Assembly (NCBI GenBank): GCA_964419615.1
Contig: CAYQPU010000007.1
Location: forward strand, 1 to 51,563
DNA: 51,563 bases
Direction of reading: 5' to 3'
Origin: an uncultured Methanosarcinales archaeon
GTDB lineage: Archaea > Nanobdellota > Nanobdellia > Woesearchaeales > JAGVZT01
Shown: positions 45,352 to 51,563 of the stretch, one piece after another
Layout of the letters: every line of letters starts with the position of its first letter
Numbering within the stretch: position 1 is the stretch's first letter
Notes under the pieces: model-generated
What the model saw: the letters and a program-made list of their open reading frames with translations, nothing else
What the model was told of the DNA's origin: nothing
Database searches by the model: none
Made by a program: the position numbers and the translations under genes

Positions 45352-47562
45352 ATGATTAAAAACTTTGAGCCAAGGCTTTATCAACAGACTATTTTTGCTA
45401 CAGCAGTTGAGAAGAATACTCTTGTTGTGCTACCTACAGGTATGGGTAAGACTAATGTTTTTTTACTGATTGCTGCTCAAAGATTAAAGCAGTATCCAAT
45501 TTCAAAGGTTTTATTGCTTGGTCCAACCAGACCTTTGATTGATCAGTATTATAGTGTTTTTCTAAATAATTTTGAAATTGAGGAGAAATATATGTCTATT
45601 TTTACTGGACAGGTTAATCCTGAGAAGAGAGAAGAGCTGTGGAAAGATTCTCAAATAATTTTTTCTACACCGCAAGCTATTGAAAACGACATTATTTCTA
45701 ATCGAGTTGATCTTAAGGATGTTAGCTTGATTGGTTTTGATGAGGCTCATAAAGCTGTTGGTAATTACGCTTATGTTTGGATTGCTCAGCAGTATGATAA
45801 GCTTTCAAGGTTTCCAAAGATTGTTGGGATGACTGCTTCACCTGGTTCTGATCTTGAGAAGGTTAAAGAGGTTTGTGAGAATTTAAGGATTGAGGCAATT
45901 GAGGTTAGAACTGATCAGGATCCGGATGATAAGCCTTATGTTAAAGAGATTGACATTAAGTGGGTTGATGTTGTTCTGCCAAAAAAGTTTATGGACATAA
46001 AGAAGTTTTTAGAGGATTGTATTGAATCAAAATTAATGCAAGTTTCTAACCGAGGATATTTGGACAAAAAAAAGATCAGAATGCTTCCAAGAAGAGAACT
46101 CCTTGGATTGCAAGCGTCGCTTCAAGCTTTGATTGCTCAAGGGGAGAGGGATTTTGAGATTTTAAAAAGCGTGAGTTTGGTTGCTGAGGCCATGAAAGTT
46201 CAGCATGCATTGATTCTTTTGGAGACACAGGGGATTTCTCCATTAAAGGAGTATATGAATCAGATTAAAGAACAGTCTCGAACAACCAAGGTTAAAGCAG
46301 TGATTAATCTTATGAGGGATTTGAATTTTAGGAGTGCTCAGATTATGACTGATGGTTTGTTTGAAAGAGGAGTTGAACATCCTAAACTTGGAAAGCTTAA
46401 ACAAATTGTTGGAGATAAACTTAACTTAAGTACAAATTTCAAGATGATTATTTTTACCCAGTTTCGAGATAGTGCCGTGAAGATAAAAGAAGAAATTGAT
46501 TCTGTTAAAGGTGTTAGATCACATTTGTTTATGGGTCAGCTTAAAAAGAAAAATACTGGTATGTCACAAAAGAAACAAAAAGAGGTTCTTGATCAATTTA
46601 GAGCCGGTGAATATAATGTTTTGATTGCTACTCAGATTGCAGAAGAAGGTCTTGATATTCCAAGAGTTGACTTGGTTATTTTTTATGAACCTATTCCATC
46701 TGCAATTAGGTTTATTCAAAGAAAGGGTAGAACTGGAAGGCAGGAAAAAGGAGAAGTTATTGTTTTGACTGCAAAAGGAACCAGAGATGAGGCTTACAAA
46801 TGGTCTGCAAGGCATAAGGAGAGCCGGATGTATAGAGTACTTAACAAATTAAAAAACGATATTAATTTTCAGGCTCCAAAAAGAACACTAAAAGATTTTA
46901 TTCCAAAGGAAGAGAAAGTGACTATTTTTGCAGATTATCGAGAAAAGGGTTCTGGTACAATTAAAGCTTTGATTGAGCTTGGTGTTGAGCTCAAGCTTGA
47001 AAGACTTGAGTGTGCAGATTACTTAGCAAGTAAAGATGTTGGGATCGAGTTAAAAAAAGTTCCTGATTTTGTGAATTCTCTTATTGATGGAAGATTGCTT
47101 GGTCAATTAAAAGATTTGAAGAGTAGTTTTCCAAAGCCTTTGGTTATTGTTGAAGGAATTGAGGATATTTACGGTGTGAGGAATGTTAAACCAAATTCAA
47201 TTAGAGGAATGCTTACAACAATTGCTGTGGATTATAATATCCCTATTATTTTTTCCCGGACTCCAAAGGAAACAGCTTCTTTTTTACATATTATTGCCAA
47301 ACATGAACAGCTTGAAAAGAAAAAAGATATTTTTTTACATGGTGATAAAAAACCGCAGACTATAAAGGAGCAGCAGGAATACATTGTTTCTGCTTTGCCG
47401 AGTGTTGGTGCAAAACTTGCAAAAAATCTTTTGGGAAAGTTTGGTTCTGTTAAAGGTGTAATTAATGCATCAGAAGAAGATTTGAAGAATGTTGAATTAA
47501 TTGGAGATAAAAAGGCGAAAAAAATAAAAAAGATTGTTGATAAGGATTATATTCCAAGGTGA
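45352..47562 (+). CDS. hef: Hef/FANCM-like helicase-ERCC4 nuclease
   Basis: LPTGMGKT, DEAH, TAS, QRKGRTGR, then D.RE...DY..E.K...DF and HhH motifs. Confidence 0.95.
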   Translation: MIKNFEPRLYQQTIFATAVEKNTLVVLPTGMGKTNVFLLIAAQRLKQYPISKVLLLGPTRPLIDQYYSVFLNNFEIEEKYMSIFTGQVNPEKREELWKDSQIIFSTPQAIENDIISNRVDLKDVSLIGFDEAHKAVGNYAYVWIAQQYDKLSRFPKIVGMTASPGSDLEKVKEVCENLRIEAIEVRTDQDPDDKPYVKEIDIKWVDVVLPKKFMDIKKFLEDCIESKLMQVSNRGYLDKKKIRMLPRRELLGLQASLQALIAQGERDFEILKSVSLVAEAMKVQHALILLETQGISPLKEYMNQIKEQSRTTKVKAVINLMRDLNFRSAQIMTDGLFERGVEHPKLGKLKQIVGDKLNLSTNFKMIIFTQFRDSAVKIKEEIDSVKGVRSHLFMGQLKKKNTGMSQKKQKEVLDQFRAGEYNVLIATQIAEEGLDIPRVDLVIFYEPIPSAIRFIQRKGRTGRQEKGEVIVLTAKGTRDEAYKWSARHKESRMYRVLNKLKNDINFQAPKRTLKDFIPKEEKVTIFADYREKGSGTIKALIELGVELKLERLECADYLASKDVGIELKKVPDFVNSLIDGRLLGQLKDLKSSFPKPLVIVEGIEDIYGVRNVKPNSIRGMLTTIAVDYNIPIIFSRTPKETASFLHIIAKHEQLEKKKDIFLHGDKKPQTIKEQQEYIVSALPSVGAKLAKNLLGKFGSVKGVINASEEDLKNVELIGDKKAKKIKKIVDKDYIPR

Positions 47563-47566
47563 TTAT

Positions 47567-47971
47567 TTGAAAAAAGTTATGGTTTTTGGCAGTTTTGATT
47601 TACTTCATCCAGGACATATTAATCTATTTCAACAAGCTAAAAAGTTTGGAGATCATTTAATTGTTGTTGTAGCTCTTGATAAGATTATAAAAAAAGTTAA
47701 AGGAAAAAAACCAATGCTTGGTGAGCAAGAGCGATTAAAGGAAGTAAAGCAATTAAGGTTAGTTGATGAAGTAATCTTGGGACATCCAACAGATAGATAT
47801 GCAAATATTGTCAAAGTGAAACCAGATTATATTTGTCTTGGTTATGATCAGTACCATTTTACACAAAAGCTGGATGATAAATTATTGGAGCTGGGATTGG
47901 ATACACAAGTTGTTAGATTAAAACCATATAAAGAAGATAAGTACAAGAGTTCTAAGCTAAAGAAAAAATAA
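47567..47971 (+). CDS. FAD synthetase/cytidylyltransferase family protein
   Basis: FGSFDLLHPGH, VVVA.D, KPDYICLGYDQ, K.SK. Probable TTG start. Confidence 0.85.
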   Translation: MKKVMVFGSFDLLHPGHINLFQQAKKFGDHLIVVVALDKIIKKVKGKKPMLGEQERLKEVKQLRLVDEVILGHPTDRYANIVKVKPDYICLGYDQYHFTQKLDDKLLELGLDTQVVRLKPYKEDKYKSSKLKKK

Positions 47972-48028
47972 CATGCTAATATATTGTTTTTCAAAAGATA
48001 TAAATATTGTACATATTGTGAGGCTATT

Positions 48029-48847
48029 GTGAAAAGAGATAAGTTAGGTTTATTTACGATTTTGTTCATATTAATTATTGTTCATTCTTGTTACGCAATG
48101 CCAAATAATGAGAGCATGACATTGGCAAATGAGGATGACATTATTTTACTCAAAGAGGTATTAACTAATGAACCATTACCCAACATGCGAACTTTAATAA
48201 TATTTGAATACGTAGATAAACCAAATATTTCCATGGAATCTATGAGTGATAATAATGGAATGATTATAATCAGGTCTGACCATTCCTATGGACAGTTAAC
48301 TATTTGGGGAGATATTTTATCAACTCCCGGAAAGGATTATTTTGGAAGATTTAAAGTTAGTGATACTGGTAAAATTAGGGAGCATTCTTTGTTTCCCACT
48401 GGTTCTGTTGAGGGATTTGTTTTGGATAGTTTAGATAATGTTGTTCCTTATGCTCAAATGAAGTTTTCTTGTTCAACAGATATAGGTGAAGAACAACCTG
48501 AGTATACTGACAAGTATGGATCTTTTAAGTTTGAGTATGCACCAATTGGACATTGTAAAGCTTATGCTTACTTTAATAGAGGTGTTGGAATTTCAGAATT
48601 TGAGGTTAAGAAAGGTGAGATTGTTGATTTAACTATTAAACTAGATAAGACCATTGTACCTAATGCCACATTATTTAGCAGAAAACCCTTGACTGCAGGT
48701 TCAGTATTGATTTTTGTTCTTTTAATTATATTGATTTTTATTATTGTCAGGTTTTTTGTTGTAAGAAGGAATCCTAGTAAAGAAAAAGTAGATCACCAAA
48801 AACCTACAAAAAAGCTATCCAAAAGATATTATGGTTACATTAAATAA
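48029..48847 (+). CDS. Exported beta-rich (prealbumin/carboxypeptidase-regulatory-like) protein with a TM helix; 5' part of a frameshifted membrane-anchored regulator
   Basis: Signal peptide after GTG 48029, V.G.V.D..DN.VPYA repeat-like domain, TM VLIFVLLIILIFIIVRFF; ends in an out-of-frame junction with the HTH ORF. Confidence 0.75.
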   Translation: MKRDKLGLFTILFILIIVHSCYAMPNNESMTLANEDDIILLKEVLTNEPLPNMRTLIIFEYVDKPNISMESMSDNNGMIIIRSDHSYGQLTIWGDILSTPGKDYFGRFKVSDTGKIREHSLFPTGSVEGFVLDSLDNVVPYAQMKFSCSTDIGEEQPEYTDKYGSFKFEYAPIGHCKAYAYFNRGVGISEFEVKKGEIVDLTIKLDKTIVPNATLFSRKPLTAGSVLIFVLLIILIFIIVRFFVVRRNPSKEKVDHQKPTKKLSKRYYGYIK

Positions 48848-49049
48848 AAAAGAGATTAAAGTAGTAGATTACCTAATGCAATCTGAAAAGTCTCCTTCCC
48901 AAAATAGAACTTCACATGATATTGGTATACCCAAAACTTCCCTTAGTAGAATTATTGATTCTCTAGAAAAAAAGAATATATTGACTTGTGAGAAAATAGG
49001 TAAATACAAGAAATTACAGCTAACAAAGTGGTTTTTGGCCAAGAAATGA
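48831..49049 (+). CDS. MarR-like winged HTH; 3' part of the frameshifted gene
   Basis: LNKKEIKVVDYL...SQN...HDIGIPKTSLSRIIDSLEKKNIL..EKIGK; the frame is open from 48792 (KDIMVTL). Confidence 0.8.
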   Translation: MVTLNKKEIKVVDYLMQSEKSPSQNRTSHDIGIPKTSLSRIIDSLEKKNILTCEKIGKYKKLQLTKWFLAKK

Positions 49050-49050
49050 T

Positions 49051-49119
49051 AAATGGGACTATTTAAATCCTAATCAGAGAAAATGGGACGTTTTAAAGCA
49101 TTTTTTTAAAGTTTTTCCC
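49051..49119. repeat. AAATGGGAC-NN-TTTAAA direct repeats (49051, 49081) plus a degenerate inverted copy; candidate operators
   Basis: 15 of 17 nt identical with 30-bp spacing; TTTAAAGTTTTTCCCA follows in the opposite orientation. Confidence 0.6.
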
Positions 49120-49211
49120 ACTCAAATTATTTATTCTGGTCAGATCTACCATTGTAGATAAGAATTAGAGTTTGTGATAATCATATAATGAATAATCAAA
49201 GGTGAATAAAA

Positions 49212-51563
49212 ATGAAAAATAAAATTTTGATGATTGTTGGTTTTTTGTTGTGTTTATTAATTGTTGGAGTTGTGAATGCATACGATGTAATAATTGATCC
49301 AGGGATGGAATGTAATTATGATAATTCTAATGTGGTCGAAGGCGGTGTTGTTATGCAATTTTGCTCAGCATATAATTTATCATGTTATAATGCAGAATGT
49401 ATTGGAAATACATGTGAGGGATTTGAAACACAATGCAAAGATGAAAAATGGTTATATGCAAAATGTGAGGATAGTTCTACATTTGCTGCTTATGAATTTT
49501 GCAAGGGTAAAGATCAATTTTGTGATAATGGGGAATGTGTTAGTTGTGTAGAAGAAGGAGATAATCAAGATGATCATTATGATAAAGGGTGCGTCACTTA
49601 TGTTAAAGACGGAGTTACACAAACAGAATGTGATTATTGTATGGGTAATGAAAAATCATTAGCTGAATTATTTTGTGACAGAGATGATGAAGCGGGTGCA
49701 GCTGTCATCCACTGTACATATGGTTGTGATGATGGAAGATGTTTGGAAGAAGAGGAACCAGTTGTATGTGCCCAAGATGCTAAAGAGTGTACTGATGGAT
49801 CATATGTTGGAAGGGTGCCTCCAGATTGTGAGTTTGAAGAGTGTCCTGAGTTAACTTGTTCAGAAACAGATGATGGTGAAGATTATACAAAAAAAGGTAC
49901 ATCCTGTGGTTTCGCAGGTATGTGTGAAACTGATTATTGTCAAGATGATGATTATTTATTTGAGTATTATTTTGAGGATGAATGTTCTCCTGGACCGAGC
50001 GGTCTTAGACAGTTTTGTCCACATGGTTGTGAGGAGGGTGCTTGTGTTAAAAGAGAGTGTAACTGTGAGAATTCTGATTTTAATAATGATGGTCAAGTTG
50101 ATCTCGATGATATGGAACTTATGAAAACTTGTTTTAAGCAAGAGTCAGTAGGAGATTGTGCAATTTATGATTTTGATGCTGATGGTTTGATTCAAATAAA
50201 TGATTTAAGCTGTGTTGGTGCACGTGTAGGTTGTATGGAAGAAGTTGTTGAGGTTGTTGATGATGAACCTGTAGAAGAAGAAGAAGTTGATGAGTTACCA
50301 AGTGTTTGTACAGATACTGATGGAGGTAGAATTCCTGGTGCATTTGGAGAGGCAACTTCTACTGATGGATCTAGAGTTGTTGATTCATGTGCTACATCAG
50401 GAACACTGAACTCACCTAACACAGAAGTTGATTGGTGTGATGGTGATGGCTGTTATTTACTTGAAAGTGAGTGTGTTAATGGTAAGGCTACTCATGCTAA
50501 ATTACTATGTAAACAGGGATGTGAAGAAGGTATATGTAGAGATAACGGACATGTTTACTTTGACACACTTCATCTGTTTCCAGGTGACTATGTAATTCAA
50601 CAAGAAGATTGTGATTCTGAGGAAACTTGCAGTTATTTTTTTGCAGATGTCAGGGTAACAAGCACTCATTCCCAAACACTGAATGATGTTAGTGTTATTA
50701 TGAGTATACCTGAGCTAGGACTGGAGCATTCTCAAGTTATTGATTCCCTAAAACCTAACTTTGGTACAATCCCAGATGACCAATATCATATTGATTTACC
50801 ACAAAACGTTGCTAGTGGAGTTTATGAAATCCAATTTACGATCAAGTACAAACTTAACGGGCTAGATTATTTTTATGAAATTGCATCTTCAAGAGGGATT
50901 GCTAATGCAGAGGATATTGGTTGTGGTGACAATGATGGAGATGATTACTATAACAAGGGAAAAACAACATTATATCTACCGTGGAATCAGAATGATGCTG
51001 CAGAGGATTCTTGCTGTAATTCATGCAATACTGCACCAAGTGAAACAGGTAAATATGTTTCAGAGTATGTTTGTGAAGGTAACTTGAGAGACAGAGAGAT
51101 TTATGAATGTCCAGATGGTTGTGAAGATGGTGCTTGTATAAACGATAGTGTTACTGATGAATGTGAAGATAGTGATGAAGGATACTCACCTTATGTTAAA
51201 GGACAATGCGAGTCAAGGGGTAGTGGAAAAGGAGATTATTGTTCATACACAAATGGAAGAAAGGGTGTTCTTAAAGAAGCATATTGTGGGACTAATGAAT
51301 GTTTAAGATCAGATCACATTTGTAACGATGATGAGATATGTAGATCAGGTAAATGTATCAAAGGAGATGAAAGTGAACCAATATGTGTTGATACAGATAA
51401 TGCTAATCCTTATGTTAAAGGAGATACAACTGCAAGAGACAGAACTGGGGGAGAGGATTCTTGCTACATAAGTAAGTACAAAGACAAAGCAGATGGTCCA
51501 ATGACTTCCAAATGTTGGGAAGGAATGCCTGGCATGACAGGGTATTGTGGGGTTTATGAATAC
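49212..51563 (+). CDS. Large secreted Cys-rich repeat surface protein with a dockerin-like EF-hand pair (>=784 aa, runs off the right edge)
   Basis: Absent from the track; I read 784 codons with no stop. Signal peptide MKNKILMIVGFLLCLLIVGVVNA, repeated C.D(T/S)D.G..Y..KG...D.C...E..C...C..GC..G.C units, and DFNNDGQVDLDD / DFDADGLIQIND. Confidence 0.92.
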   Translation, partial: MKNKILMIVGFLLCLLIVGVVNAYDVIIDPGMECNYDNSNVVEGGVVMQFCSAYNLSCYNAECIGNTCEGFETQCKDEKWLYAKCEDSSTFAAYEFCKGKDQFCDNGECVSCVEEGDNQDDHYDKGCVTYVKDGVTQTECDYCMGNEKSLAELFCDRDDEAGAAVIHCTYGCDDGRCLEEEEPVVCAQDAKECTDGSYVGRVPPDCEFEECPELTCSETDDGEDYTKKGTSCGFAGMCETDYCQDDDYLFEYYFEDECSPGPSGLRQFCPHGCEEGACVKRECNCENSDFNNDGQVDLDDMELMKTCFKQESVGDCAIYDFDADGLIQINDLSCVGARVGCMEEVVEVVDDEPVEEEEVDELPSVCTDTDGGRIPGAFGEATSTDGSRVVDSCATSGTLNSPNTEVDWCDGDGCYLLESECVNGKATHAKLLCKQGCEEGICRDNGHVYFDTLHLFPGDYVIQQEDCDSEETCSYFFADVRVTSTHSQTLNDVSVIMSIPELGLEHSQVIDSLKPNFGTIPDDQYHIDLPQNVASGVYEIQFTIKYKLNGLDYFYEIASSRGIANAEDIGCGDNDGDDYYNKGKTTLYLPWNQNDAAEDSCCNSCNTAPSETGKYVSEYVCEGNLRDREIYECPDGCEDGACINDSVTDECEDSDEGYSPYVKGQCESRGSGKGDYCSYTNGRKGVLKEAYCGTNECLRSDHICNDDEICRSGKCIKGDESEPICVDTDNANPYVKGDTTARDRTGGEDSCYISKYKDKADGPMTSKCWEGMPGMTGYCGVYEY

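Noticed and set aside
48808-48814. In-frame A-AAA-AAG slippery heptamer as a programmed -1 frameshift joining the sensor and HTH
   Set aside because: The -1 frame stops at TAA 48841-48843; the HTH is in the +1 (or -2) frame.
49051-49097. Direct repeats as a mini-CRISPR array
   Set aside because: Only two 17-bp units with a 13-bp gap, and no cas genes.
70-50422. Numerous 60-180 aa track ORFs antisense to or out of frame within long genes (e.g. 70..315, 4895..5209, 9002..9553, 21082..21453, 40534..40905, 50192..50422)
   Set aside because: They are shadows of well-supported genes on the other strand or frame, with no motifs or ribosome-binding signals.
1-51563. Alternative genetic code or stop-codon reassignment
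   Set aside because: All conserved genes read full length under the standard archaeal code, with TGA, TAA and TAG all used as stops.

Overview
AT-rich archaeal chromosomal window, standard genetic code, most consistent with a DPANN archaeon (Woesearchaeota-like). The lineage call is an inference from archaeal L7Ae/S28e/L24e/S27e, aIF2-alpha, Nop10, aEF-2, membrane LonB, Hef, class III signal-peptide proteins and Cys-rich surface proteins. Most genes are housekeeping: ileS, ppsA, class I aldolase, sugar-nucleotide genes, nucleotide salvage, topA, hef and lon. Both ends are truncated large secreted proteins that the ORF track missed (3..3326 on -, 49212..51563 on +). The most striking locus is at 13.06-14.01 kb. 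It is a tRNA-Leu(UAA) interrupted by three bulge-helix-bulge (BHB) introns at positions 8/9, 37/38 and 59/60, the last being 146 nt and highly structured. Its first 8-nt exon is also the end of a free-standing two-motif LAGLIDADG endonuclease gene, whose stop codon spans the first splice junction. Other non-coding structure: a tandem double K-turn in the rpl7ae leader, and an unassigned ~148-nt K-turn-containing RNA between the PAC2 gene and hpt. Unusual proteins: an RHH-fused degenerate nucleotidyltransferase, a HemK-kinase fusion, a tandem-nucleotidyltransferase-HEPN protein next to an intein-containing HerA-like ATPase, a RimK with an AbrB-like tail in an operon with Lon, two HIT paralogs lacking the nucleophilic His, and a frameshifted membrane-anchored HTH regulator with candidate operators. 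No CRISPR array, rRNA or transposase was seen. Start codons were refined by eye, and all homology calls come from motif recognition rather than database searches.
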